In this document: positions 19,091 to 29,750 of the stretch, piece by piece
Position numbering within the stretch: the first letter of the stretch is position 1
Layout: the number at the start of each line of letters is the position of its first letter
Assembly (NCBI GenBank): GCA_011682695.1
Contig: JAACED010000003.1
Span: forward strand, 37-64,036
From: Gammaproteobacteria bacterium
GTDB taxonomy: Bacteria > Actinomycetota > Acidimicrobiia > Spongiisociales > UBA4744
Reading direction: 5' to 3'
DNA: 64,000 nucleotides
Position numbers and translations under genes: made by a program
Notes under the pieces: model-generated
Databases searched by the model: none
The model's input: the letters and a program-made list of their open reading frames with translations, nothing else
What the model was told of the DNA's origin: nothing

Positions 19091-21815
19091 GAGCCTGGAA
19101 CCTCGCAAGGTCCGAGGCGACACCTGGGCTCACCGCTCCTTCGCCGCCGAAGATCGTCACCGAAGAGGGTCGCAGGCGCAGCAGCTCCTGCTCGGTTGGT
19201 GCAGGCAGCGTCTCCGGGTCCGTGAGCAGCAGCGGAGCACCGTGAAGAGCGGCCAGGGCCCCACCGGTGAGGCCATCCGGATAGACGAGCCCCGTTGCCA
19301 CGAAGGCGCGCGAGATACCGGCCGAGAAGGCGTCTGCGGAGACGGCGGCTGCCATCGCGTATCGGTCCGAGGCGGTGATACGGGTGACACCGGCCGATGT
19401 ATATACGGCCAGTTGCGATTCCACCGTGGTCGACACATGAGTCTGAGGTCCCACGATCACGATACGTGTCGGGCGGAGCCGGGACAGCTCGTCTCGTACC
19501 GCCTTGGGGATCCCGTCGGGTAGGACGAGAAGCAGGGGTCCGCCAAGGAATCCGGCCGGAGGGCCTGCCGCGACGGCCTCGGGCCACTCGAAGCCGGAAG
19601 TGATGTAGACGACCGGGACTCCGGGATCGAACACCGCCCTGGATGTCTCGACGGCGGTCTCGTATCGGGTCGGTCCGGCTCTTCGGACGGCCCCGTTCGG
19701 AGCCAGGGAATCGAGTTCGTCCATGACCAAATCGGAGACGGCGCCTGGTCCGCCCAGGACAATGATCCGATCGGGAGCAAGTCGCTGCAGTTCGGTCCTC
19801 GTGGCGGACGGGAGCGAACCGGTTCGTGTCAACACGATCGGGGCTCCTTCGTGAAAGGCGGCCGGCACGGCGGCGAGGGCGTCCGGAAAGTTCTCACCGG
19901 TGGCGACATACACCTGTGAAGCGCCGGCGGGGAAACCTGACGCGCTCACCGCGGCCGCGGTGGCGTAGCGATCTTCGCCCCACAGACGGGTGACGCTGCC
20001 GACACTGGAGAGTCCGTACCCGGTCTCGGTCCGTATCCAGCGGAACTCCTGCCCGAAGTAGGTGAGGAACTGGCCGTCTCCTCGGCTGCGCCTGGGGCTG
20101 CGAGCAAGGGTCGTACGGTATGGAGCGTCTTCGAGTACAGAGAACTCGAGCCGGTCGGCGTCGATGAAGCCCGCGTGCCAGGATCCGTCGTAGGCGTCCA
20201 GCTGGATGATGTCATCCGAACCGTCACCGTTTGCATCGAAGGAAAGGGCGAGACTGAAGTGGTCGGCCGAGGACGTCACGGCGGAGGGTCCCGTGGTGGC
20301 CGTGGTGCCGGTGGCCAGCAGCGTCATCCATGTCCCGTTGTCCGACCGGTAGGAGGCGAGGTCGTCTCTGCCGTCGCCGTTGAAGTCGCCGACGAGGTGG
20401 GTGTCCCAGCCGGTGGTGGGTGACAGGGAGCCCCAGGTGGTGGGGGTGAAGGAGGTGCCGGTGGACAGTGAGGTGGTCCAGGTTCCGTTTTGGTAGGAGG
20501 CGAGGTCGTCTTTGCCGTCGCCGTTGAAGTCGCCGACGAGGTGGGTGTCCCAGCCGGTGGTGGGTGACAGGGAGCCCCAGGAGCCAACGTTGCCCGAGGA
20601 ACCGTCGGTGACCCACCAGGTTCCGTCTGCAGGATGGAACACGGCACCGTCTTCGGTACCGTCGCCGTTGAAGTCACCGACGAGCGGGTTGGTGTACGCG
20701 TCGAGCGGGATCGGTTGCCAGAGGACGGCAACCCGATCTCTGAACGAAGGCAGGAGCACGTAGCACGAATCGCCCGGGCACGACGTCGCCTGCGCGTCTC
20801 TGTGTCCGGAGATCGTGTTGAGTGTCACGCTGGTGCCCTGTGCGTACTTCGACGAACCTTTGGACACTACGGTGGTCGTTCCCTTCGGGTCGATGTTGTG
20901 GATCGAGAACTTCCACGCGAGCAGATCCACGAGCGAATCCTGCATCGCGGTGGACGGTGACACGCCGGTGCCCTGGAACGAGCCGAGCAGCGCGATGCCG
21001 GTCGAATAGGAGTTGAAGCCTTGTGTGTGGGCGCCCTGCACGCCCTTGTCGATGCCGCCGGCCCTGCCTTCCCATACCCCGCCGAACCGATCCACGAGGG
21101 CGTTGTAGGCGATGTCGTTCCAGCCTCTCGTGTTCACGTGGTAGAGGCAGATGCCCAGGATGTAGGAGGGCACCTCGGCCTGCGTGTAGGTGTTCCAGCC
21201 TGCCGTGTGGTGCACGAACGCGACCGTCACCTGCACGTAGCTCGGAGGCACTTTCGGCACGCAGGAACCCGACGGATCCCAATCGGAACGAGGATGAATC
21301 TGCGGCTGCGGAACGGCGGCGTCGGCCGGCTTGGGGGAGAAGCGCTCGGCGAGACGCATGAACAGCGGCTTCGTTCGGTTGGTCGTGTCGACGAGCGTCA
21401 CGGTTGCCTGTCGCGGTGCTCCACCTCTGAGACGAAACTGCACCGCATCGGATTCTCCCGCCCACACCGGTTGTGTGCCGTGCCGCTGGTGGCGGAACTC
21501 GGCGGTTCCGGTGTCGGGACCATGGTCGTCTTCTGTCTGGATCGTGCGCCAAGGACTCCAGCGACCCTGTGTGCGTGTCCGAACCGAGATCTCCGTGGGT
21601 GAGGGCCCCTCCCACGTAACGCCGACGATGGTGAAGGGGTCTTCAACGATCTGAGATTCGGTGATGTCGCCGCGAACTCGCAGCGACAACGCGTGGTCGG
21701 TGGATCTCGCCCAGGCCGAGGGTTCCACCGGGGCAGGGGCAGGCAGCAGAGCCAGGACCAGCCCGGCCACGGCTCCGACGATCAAGGTTTTCTTGATGCG
21801 GTCCCTCCTCCTCAC
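19047..21815 (-). CDS. Secreted peptidoglycan hydrolase: PGRP/Amidase_2-type N-acetylmuramoyl-L-alanine amidase domain, then FG-GAP/VCBS-like repeats, then three CWB2 repeats
   Basis: GTG start. Signal peptide MRRRDRIKKTLIVGAVAGLVLALLPAPAP. Amidase_2 block …VAFVHHTAGWNTYTQAEVPSYILGICLYHVNTRGWNDIAYNALVDRFGGVWEGR…. Repeats VGDFNGDG(T/K/R)DD. C-terminal CWB2 repeats (GEDRYATAAAVS…VYVATGENFPDALAA… three times). Confidence 0.8.
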   Translation of the reverse strand: MRRRDRIKKTLIVGAVAGLVLALLPAPAPVEPSAWARSTDHALSLRVRGDITESQIVEDPFTIVGVTWEGPSPTEISVRTRTQGRWSPWRTIQTEDDHGPDTGTAEFRHQRHGTQPVWAGESDAVQFRLRGGAPRQATVTLVDTTNRTKPLFMRLAERFSPKPADAAVPQPQIHPRSDWDPSGSCVPKVPPSYVQVTVAFVHHTAGWNTYTQAEVPSYILGICLYHVNTRGWNDIAYNALVDRFGGVWEGRAGGIDKGVQGAHTQGFNSYSTGIALLGSFQGTGVSPSTAMQDSLVDLLAWKFSIHNIDPKGTTTVVSKGSSKYAQGTSVTLNTISGHRDAQATSCPGDSCYVLLPSFRDRVAVLWQPIPLDAYTNPLVGDFNGDGTEDGAVFHPADGTWWVTDGSSGNVGSWGSLSPTTGWDTHLVGDFNGDGKDDLASYQNGTWTTSLSTGTSFTPTTWGSLSPTTGWDTHLVGDFNGDGRDDLASYRSDNGTWMTLLATGTTATTGPSAVTSSADHFSLALSFDANGDGSDDIIQLDAYDGSWHAGFIDADRLEFSVLEDAPYRTTLARSPRRSRGDGQFLTYFGQEFRWIRTETGYGLSSVGSVTRLWGEDRYATAAAVSASGFPAGASQVYVATGENFPDALAAVPAAFHEGAPIVLTRTGSLPSATRTELQRLAPDRIIVLGGPGAVSDLVMDELDSLAPNGAVRRAGPTRYETAVETSRAVFDPGVPVVYITSGFEWPEAVAAGPPAGFLGGPLLLVLPDGIPKAVRDELSRLRPTRIVIVGPQTHVSTTVESQLAVYTSAGVTRITASDRYAMAAAVSADAFSAGISRAFVATGLVYPDGLTGGALAALHGAPLLLTDPETLPAPTEQELLRLRPSSVTIFGGEGAVSPGVASDLARFQALSALTSDLDPLPHP
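20350..20579. repeat. Intragenic direct repeat: two 87-bp near-identical copies (20350-20436 and 20493-20579) encoding consecutive FG-GAP-like repeats
   Basis: taggaggcgaggtcgtct(c/t)tgccgtcgccgttgaagtcgccgacgaggtgggtgtcccagccggtggtgggtgacagggagcccca occurs twice, 143 bp apart. Confidence 0.85.
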
Positions 21816-21855
21816 AGCGGAGTGTAAGTAGCGGGTTTGCCGATGTGAGCCTTTG

Positions 21856-23292
21856 TCAGTTCACGGCCGCCAAGAGCAGGTACTCGATCGAGAACGGTAC
21901 GACGCCGTTTCCGCCGAGGATCACGATGTTCACAGGCTGCAACCTGGCGAGTTCATCGATCGTCGCTGCGGGTATCGTCCCGCCGGCGACGAGAAGAATC
22001 GGCCCTCCGTCGCGGGCTGCGATCGAAGTGCCCGCCAATGCGTCCGGGAAGTTCATCCCTGTTGCGATGTACACGGTGGACGCGCCATCGGCGAAGAACA
22101 TTCTCGAAATGGCCGCCGCGGTGGCATACCGGTCGGAACCCCAGACCCGATCGACCTCGGGGGAATAGGCACGGAGGAGCTCTTCGAGCTGAGCGGACAC
22201 GACGCCCTCGCCACCAAGGATGACGATGCGTGAAGGATCGAGCCGCTCCAATTCGGTGGCCGTCGGCTCAGGAATCACATCCTGTCCGATGAGCAGGAGC
22301 GGGCCGCCGACACGGGCTGCCGCCGCGGCACCGGTGAGAGCATCGGGGAATGTGAAACCGTTCGCCACGAACACCGTATCGGCCCCCGATGGGAATCCAA
22401 AAGCTGAGACTGCCGCCGCGGTGGAGTATCGGCTCATCCCGGAGATACGGTTCACAGATGCGGAGGTCAGGACGCGGATACGATCGATGACAGCGTCCGA
22501 GACCGTGGCGGGTCCTCCCAACACGGTGACCGTCAGGGGCTGGAGCCTTTGCAGCTCGGCTGCCGTTTCCGACGGAACGAATGTCTCGGCCACGAGCAGT
22601 ATCGGGCTGCCCGCAAGGCCCGCGATGGGTCCGACGACGAGCGCGTCCGCGAATCCGGACCCGGTGGCCACATAGACATGGTCGGCTCCTGAGGGGAAGG
22701 CTTCTTCGGATATCGCAACGGCCGTGCCATATCGAGTTGCCCCCGCCAGGCGAGGCAGGATGGACATCTCGGCTGCCTGGAGACTCGGATAGGGATCGAT
22801 GGCCGTGCCGCTCGGGTCGTGGAGTTCGAAGTGGAGATGGGACGCCGTCCATTCGGCGTTGCCGCTGTCGCCGACCCATCCGATGAGTTGTCCTTCGGTG
22901 ACGTGAACGCCCTGTTCGATGCCCGGAGCGAAACCCCAACCTTGCCCATCGTCGGTGCCGGGAGTGTCGTTGTTCATGTGGATGTACCACGATGCCCAGC
23001 CGTCGTCGTGGTTGAGGGCCATGGCGCAGCAGTCCCCGCCCAGCTCGTTGTGCATCCAGCCGATCGTCCCGTCGGCCACGGCAACGATCGGTGTCATCTT
23101 GTCGGCCATGATGTCGTTGCCCTGGTGGGTGCGGCCGCCGGATCGTGGAGCCCCGAAGGTGTCTGAGTAGTGGTTGGGCCCCGCGACCGGAAATGTCATC
23201 TGATAGATGTCTGCGGCCGCCGAGGCAGGTGGGGAGGGCAGGAGGACGAACGCGAATGCGCAAATGGCGACGAGGTACAGCGCTTTCCTCAC
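21856..23292 (-). CDS. Secreted M23/LytM-family peptidase with three or four C-terminal CWB2 repeats
   Basis: GTG at 23292 yields signal peptide MRKALYLVAICAFAFVLLPSPPASAAA. M23 block HQGNDIM…GWVGDSGNAEWTASHLHFELH. CWB2 repeats (GATRYGTAVAIS…VYVATGSGFADAL… and so on). The track ORF extends to 23733, but that N-terminal part lacks protein features. Confidence 0.8.
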   Translation of the reverse strand: MRKALYLVAICAFAFVLLPSPPASAAADIYQMTFPVAGPNHYSDTFGAPRSGGRTHQGNDIMADKMTPIVAVADGTIGWMHNELGGDCCAMALNHDDGWASWYIHMNNDTPGTDDGQGWGFAPGIEQGVHVTEGQLIGWVGDSGNAEWTASHLHFELHDPSGTAIDPYPSLQAAEMSILPRLAGATRYGTAVAISEEAFPSGADHVYVATGSGFADALVVGPIAGLAGSPILLVAETFVPSETAAELQRLQPLTVTVLGGPATVSDAVIDRIRVLTSASVNRISGMSRYSTAAAVSAFGFPSGADTVFVANGFTFPDALTGAAAAARVGGPLLLIGQDVIPEPTATELERLDPSRIVILGGEGVVSAQLEELLRAYSPEVDRVWGSDRYATAAAISRMFFADGASTVYIATGMNFPDALAGTSIAARDGGPILLVAGGTIPAATIDELARLQPVNIVILGGNGVVPFSIEYLLLAAVN

Positions 23293-23332
23293 TAGAGAGT
23301 CATCGGCGCAGAATGCGAGAAACTTGAGCACT

Positions 23333-24499
23333 TCACCGAGCGACCGTACCGGCAGACACGCAGTACTGGTCGTACTGGACGATCTTCGGTGGGCGGTTCT
23401 CATCGGCACAGGCCGGGCAGGACGGGTCGCGGTGCAGCCGCAGCGTGCGGAACTCCTGCTCGAGTGCGTCGTAGGTGAGGAGTTTGCCGGCGAGCGTCTC
23501 GCCGATATCGAGCAGAACCTTGATCGTTTCGGTCGCCTGGATGGTGCCGATGACCCCAGGGAGTACTCCCAGCACTCCGGCTTCCGAACACGACGGCGCC
23601 ATCTCGGGGGGTGGCGGCTCAGGGAACAAACATCGGTAGCACGGCCCCTTGTACGGCCAGAAGACACTCGCCTGGCCCTCGAACCGGAAGACCGATCCGT
23701 GCACGACCGGGACCCGCAGGTGCAGTGAGGCATCGTTGATCAGGTAACGGGTTGGGAAGTTGTCGGCACCGTCGACGATGACGTCGTAGCCGCCGAGGAT
23801 GTCGAGCACGTTGTCGGCATCCAGCGTCACCTTGTACGGGCGCACCGTCACGTCCGGATTGAGACCCCGCAACGTCTCCGCCGCGGAATCCACCTTGGGT
23901 TCGCCGACCCGTGACGTGCTGTGGAGGATCTGACGTTGCAGGTTCGAGATCTCCACGACGTCGAAGTCGACGATGCCGATGGTGCCGACCCCTGCAGCGG
24001 CAAGATACAGGGCAACCGGGGAGCCGAGGCCACCTGCACCGACGATCGCAACTTTGGAATCGAGGAGTTTGCGCTGGCCTTCCTCGCCTACGTCGGACAG
24101 TGCGAGGTGGCGTGCGTACCGGATTCGTCGGTCGAGATCGAAGGTGCGGGGGACATTCCACGGATGTCCGGCGATCCGCCAACCGTCCGAGCCCTCTGCA
24201 AGCGACCTGACCGACGAGTAGCCCATCTGCTGAAGAGCGTACGCCGCGAGGGCCGACCGCTGGCCGACGCTGCAGTAGAGGACGAACTCGGTGTCGCGGT
24301 CGACGAGCTCGGCGATTGCGCTCTCGAGAAGGCCCCGGGGGATATGCACCGCGCCGGGGATGGCTCCTTCGGCGTACTCGGCATCCTCACGAATGTCGAT
24401 GATCAGCGGCGCCTGGTCTCCGCGTGCCGCCAGCTCCGCAACGGAGATCTCATTGATCCGGCTGCGTGTTCGGTCGGCCCACTCTTCGTAACTGAACAT
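23333..24499 (-). CDS. Rhodanese-ThiF/MoeB-type adenylyltransferase (MoeZ-like sulfur-carrier-protein activating enzyme) with inverted domain order
   Basis: N-terminal rhodanese domain with active-site loop YCSVGQRS. Then a ThiF Rossmann domain KVAIVGAGGLGSPVALYLAAAGVGTIGIVDFD…LQRQ. Two CxxC zinc motifs (CYRC…, CPAC…). Confidence 0.85.
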   Translation of the reverse strand: MFSYEEWADRTRSRINEISVAELAARGDQAPLIIDIREDAEYAEGAIPGAVHIPRGLLESAIAELVDRDTEFVLYCSVGQRSALAAYALQQMGYSSVRSLAEGSDGWRIAGHPWNVPRTFDLDRRIRYARHLALSDVGEEGQRKLLDSKVAIVGAGGLGSPVALYLAAAGVGTIGIVDFDVVEISNLQRQILHSTSRVGEPKVDSAAETLRGLNPDVTVRPYKVTLDADNVLDILGGYDVIVDGADNFPTRYLINDASLHLRVPVVHGSVFRFEGQASVFWPYKGPCYRCLFPEPPPPEMAPSCSEAGVLGVLPGVIGTIQATETIKVLLDIGETLAGKLLTYDALEQEFRTLRLHRDPSCPACADENRPPKIVQYDQYCVSAGTVAR

Positions 24500-24537
24500 G
24501 AGTGGCAGCGTAGCGAATCCGGGGGCATTGACATGAT

Positions 24538-24960
24538 GGCCCCCCTCCCGGCTTCGCCGGCCCCGGTCGGCTTCGCCGGCCCCGGTCGGCTTCGCCGGCC
24601 CCGGTCGGCTTCGCCGGCCCCGGTCGGCTTCGCCGGCCCCCCTCCCGGCTTCGCCGTACTCCCCCCAACGCTCGCTTCGCTCGCTGGGGGGAGAGACAGG
24701 CCGCTTCGTTCGCTGGGGGGAGAGATGTTCGTTCCCTCCCCGTTTCCTCCCCCAGAAGGCCCGAAGGGCCGACGCTGGGGGAGGTGGCCTCGACGCTTTG
24801 GCCGAGGGCGGAGCGGGTCTTGGGTCGGCTGTCTGCCCCGCTTCCGGCTTCGCCGTACTCCCCCCAACGCTCGCTTCGCTCGCTGGGGGGAGAGACAGGC
24901 CGCTTCGTTCGCTGGGGGGAGAGATGGTTCGTTTCGCTCGCTGGCGGAGGTGCCGCCCTA
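24538..24960. repeat. GC-rich tandem/dispersed repeat block (VNTR-like) immediately upstream of the moeZ-like start
   Basis: 19-bp unit cggcttcgccggccccggt repeated about four times in tandem (about 24548-24625). An ~80-bp unit cttcgccgtactccccccaacgctcgcttcgctcgctggggggagagacaggccgcttcgttcgctggggggagagat occurs twice (about 24648-24725 and 24845-24925). C6…G6 self-complementary cores are present. Confidence 0.8.
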
Positions 24961-24988
24961 CGGCGCAGGGGCCTCGATGTGCCGAGGC

Positions 24989-25429
24989 TCAGTCGTTCTC
25001 GGACCGCATCACGTCATCGAGCGCCCTGCAGTGCTCGGCGCGCAGAGCCGGGGACAGCCGTCGGGTCTGGCCGGGACCGAGGGGGGGAATCGTCGCACGC
25101 ACATGCACTCGTCCGGGCTCGAGCGAGACGAGTCCCTCGGCGGCGAGTTGGGGGAGCCGGATCGGGCAGGGCACCGAGGTGTTCTTGCGGGCCGCAGTCA
25201 CCAGGCGGAGCAGCTCGACGACGGCGGTCGACCCTATGAGCGCCGTCCAGAAGCGGCGCACATATGCGGCATCGGGCGGCACTCCCACCGTTCCATCATC
25301 CCAGATGCTCGGTGTGACGGTCGGTCTGCGTCTGATACTGCGCCTGGTTGCAGCGCCCGGGGTCGGCGCGGCGTGAGTCGCGACGGGAGGACGAGCATCG
25401 CGTTGATTCCCGGACACTGCAACCTGCAC
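24989..25429 (-). CDS. Hypothetical protein (weak call)
   Basis: 146-aa ORF in the only long gap here. No recognisable motifs. Start uncertain. Confidence 0.3.
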   Translation of the reverse strand: MQVAVSGNQRDARPPVATHAAPTPGAATRRSIRRRPTVTPSIWDDGTVGVPPDAAYVRRFWTALIGSTAVVELLRLVTAARKNTSVPCPIRLPQLAAEGLVSLEPGRVHVRATIPPLGPGQTRRLSPALRAEHCRALDDVMRSEND

Positions 25430-25507
25430 CGTGCAGTGATATCAAGAAACACCAACCAACGTCAAGATACGTCGTGTAAGGACGCGAAAAGAATCTCTTC
25501 AGGTGCC

Positions 25508-28105
25508 TCAGCCACCGTCGGAAGGTGGCGGAGACGGTGGCGCCTTGCCGACGAAGAGTGTGATCGTGTCGCCGAAGGTCACGGTGGAGCCTGGGATCGG
25601 ACTGGTGGTGATCACCGTATCGACGAGTGTCGGCTCGGTCGTCTCCACCAATATCGTCGTGAAGGCGAGCTCGACCCCGGTGTCCTCCTTGAATTGGGCA
25701 AGGGTCGTGACCACCTGATTCACATCCATGCCTGTGAGGTCGACCAGCGGCGCCGAGGGGGGGACACCGGAAGAGACTTCGACGGTGACTTCGGTTCCTT
25801 CACTGACCGTCAGAGGTTCGATCGGCGTTCCGTTTTCGCCTGCCGGGTTCGGGTCCTGTCCGACGACGGTTCCGGCAGGCTCGACCGACGGCACCTCGAC
25901 CATGATCGGTTGGAGGTGCGCTTGATACACCGTGTCCTCGGCGTCCTCTGTCTGCATCCCGATCACGAAGGGCACCTCCGTCTTCGGAACGATGAAGTAC
26001 TTGTTCACTCCTGGAGGATCGGGCGGGAAGTTCTCGACGGGGACGTTCTCGAGGATGTCGGTCATGTACTCGGCCCAGATCGGAGCGGGGATCGTTCCCC
26101 CGTAGACCCTGGAGTAGAACTGATTCTTGATCGTGATGTCGCGCATCGGATACTGGAAGTCGGGGTAGCCCACCCATACGGCGGTGGCGTACTGGGGAAC
26201 AAACCCGACGAACCATGCGTCGGTGTAGTTCTGATGCGTTCCCGTCTTGCCTCCCTGAGGCCGGCCGATATTGGCGGCCGGCGCGGTTCCGGAGCCGGTG
26301 GGAACCCTGGTCAGGGGGCGGCGGGCGGCAGCGATGATCGCGGGGTCGACGACCTGCATGCGTTGGTTCTCATGCTGGTACAGCACCGTGCCGTTGGGAC
26401 CTTCGATGCGTTCGATGAGATACGGTTCGGCCCAGAGGCCATTGGTCGCGAAGTTCGTGTATGCGGAGGCCATCTCGATCGGTGTGGCTCCTCCGCCTCC
26501 GAGGACGATCGAGTACACCTCGGGGATCGTCGATTTCTTGACACCCATCCTGCGAGCGACATCGACGATGTGGGCGGGACCGACCGCAACGGAGACCTGC
26601 GCGTAGACGACGTTCACCGACTGGTAGGTCGCCTGGTTCAACCGTATCCCCGTGTCCTTCTTACCTCCCCGCACCGTCCAGATATTCGATCCGTCGGGAC
26701 CACACGCGAACGGGCATTCGATCTCGATGGGAGAGCGCGCATCCCAGAACGAGTTCAGCGAGCCACCGGATTCGAGGTAGGCGACCAGGCCAAACGGTTT
26801 GAAGGAAGACCCCGGGTTTCGCTCGCTCCGCAGGGCCAGGTCGAACTGCTCGACGTCGAAGGGGAGACCGCTCGACATGACTCGAATCGCACCGGTCGCA
26901 CTGTCCACCGTGGAGATTGCTCCGGTGGGTGCACAGCGAAGCCGCTCGAGGGCCGGGACGACGGTCTCGGTGGCGTTGTAGCGAGAGATACAGGCGTTCA
27001 CCTGTTCTTGGGTCATCGTGGATGGATCCGTGTAGGGCAGCCACGTTTCGAGGATCGAGTTGGCTGTCTCCTGCCAGTCCAGGTTGATCGTGACGTACAC
27101 CTTCAGCCCGCCTCCGCCGTGGCAGTTCACGTCATCCGCCGGGCATCCGAAGATCGCTATTTTGCGTTCCTCGGTCGTGGCCCCCAAGAAGGCGAATTCC
27201 GGTTCGTGGAGGAGCTGTCGCTTGACCTCGGCGACAACGTGGTCGGCCGGGCCGGCGAATCGTGACGGAGGCTTGATGTCGAGGGGCTCCTTCTTGGCCG
27301 CTTCCCCTTGACTCTTGGTGATCATGCCGTGGGCGATCATCGTGTCGATGACTTGATTGCGCTTCTTGAGGACGTTCTCCGGCTGGCGTCGGGGGTCATA
27401 GACTCGCGGGTTACGGATCGGAACGAACATGGCTGCGGACTCTGCGATCGTGAGTTCGTCGAGGCTCTTGCCGAAGTACTCCTGTGCGGCGGCCTTTACC
27501 CCATAGGCGCCCCAGCCGAAATACACCGAATTCAGGTAGAACTCGAGAATCTGGTCTTTCGTGTAGCGGCGCTCCAGTTCGACGGCGACGGCTGCCTCAC
27601 GAATCTTGCGGGTGATGGTCACTTCGTCGCCGACGAAGTTCTGCTTGACGACCTGCTGGGTGATCGTCGAACCGCCGCGCTCTTTGCCGTACCGGAGGTT
27701 GTCGATGAACGCGCTGCCGATCGCAGCGAAGTCGACACCCTCGTGCTCGAAGAAGTCTGCGTCCTCGGAGGCCAGCGCCCCGTCGATGACGATCTCCGGA
27801 ACCTCCTCGATGCGGATCGGCTGGCTGTTCTTGCCATCGTCGAGTTCGGCCAGTTTCTCGTTCTTGAGCGTGTAGATGCGTGACACCCTGGACAGGTCGG
27901 GGAAGTCGAGCGCCATGCTCTGCACGTCGGGGACGAAGCGGTGTTCGAGGCTCGTAAAGACACCAAACGCCGAACTCGCTCCGAAGAACGAGAACAGTGC
28001 GAGCCATGTCGAGGCGAGGAGGGAGACGGACAGGAGCGTCGCAAGCGCGACGAACCAGCGGCTTCTGACCTCCCGGCGTTCGAGTTCGTGGATTGGTGCG
28101 GACAT
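25508..28105 (-). CDS. ponA: Class A penicillin-binding protein (PBP1A: GT51 transglycosylase + transpeptidase) with a C-terminal PASTA-like domain
   Basis: ATG at 28105 preceded by tgaggcaaagc. GT51 motifs [13 protein letters not shown]…[15 protein letters not shown]. Transpeptidase SxxK / KTG regions. The C-terminal domain of about 70 aa is PASTA-like. Confidence 0.85.
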   Translation of the reverse strand: MSAPIHELERREVRSRWFVALATLLSVSLLASTWLALFSFFGASSAFGVFTSLEHRFVPDVQSMALDFPDLSRVSRIYTLKNEKLAELDDGKNSQPIRIEEVPEIVIDGALASEDADFFEHEGVDFAAIGSAFIDNLRYGKERGGSTITQQVVKQNFVGDEVTITRKIREAAVAVELERRYTKDQILEFYLNSVYFGWGAYGVKAAAQEYFGKSLDELTIAESAAMFVPIRNPRVYDPRRQPENVLKKRNQVIDTMIAHGMITKSQGEAAKKEPLDIKPPSRFAGPADHVVAEVKRQLLHEPEFAFLGATTEERKIAIFGCPADDVNCHGGGGLKVYVTINLDWQETANSILETWLPYTDPSTMTQEQVNACISRYNATETVVPALERLRCAPTGAISTVDSATGAIRVMSSGLPFDVEQFDLALRSERNPGSSFKPFGLVAYLESGGSLNSFWDARSPIEIECPFACGPDGSNIWTVRGGKKDTGIRLNQATYQSVNVVYAQVSVAVGPAHIVDVARRMGVKKSTIPEVYSIVLGGGGATPIEMASAYTNFATNGLWAEPYLIERIEGPNGTVLYQHENQRMQVVDPAIIAAARRPLTRVPTGSGTAPAANIGRPQGGKTGTHQNYTDAWFVGFVPQYATAVWVGYPDFQYPMRDITIKNQFYSRVYGGTIPAPIWAEYMTDILENVPVENFPPDPPGVNKYFIVPKTEVPFVIGMQTEDAEDTVYQAHLQPIMVEVPSVEPAGTVVGQDPNPAGENGTPIEPLTVSEGTEVTVEVSSGVPPSAPLVDLTGMDVNQVVTTLAQFKEDTGVELAFTTILVETTEPTLVDTVITTSPIPGSTVTFGDTITLFVGKAPPSPPPSDGG

Positions 28106-28157
28106 GCTTTGCCTCAGGCGTCGGGCACGTTGCCCGTTAGCATTCGTGAGGATACCC

Positions 28158-29741
<1,584 letters not shown>

Positions 29742-29750
29742 CGCCAACTG

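Noticed and set aside
24538-24960. Possible CRISPR array
   Set aside because: The repeats are directly abutting 19-bp and ~80-bp units with no unique spacers of regular length. There are no cas genes.
23921-27265. 1114-aa ORF on the plus strand, the longest in the window
   Set aside because: It is antisense to the well-supported moeZ-like and PBP1A genes and runs across the tandem-repeat block. It is Arg/Gly/Pro-rich, as expected of out-of-frame translation in about 70% GC DNA. No domain signatures.
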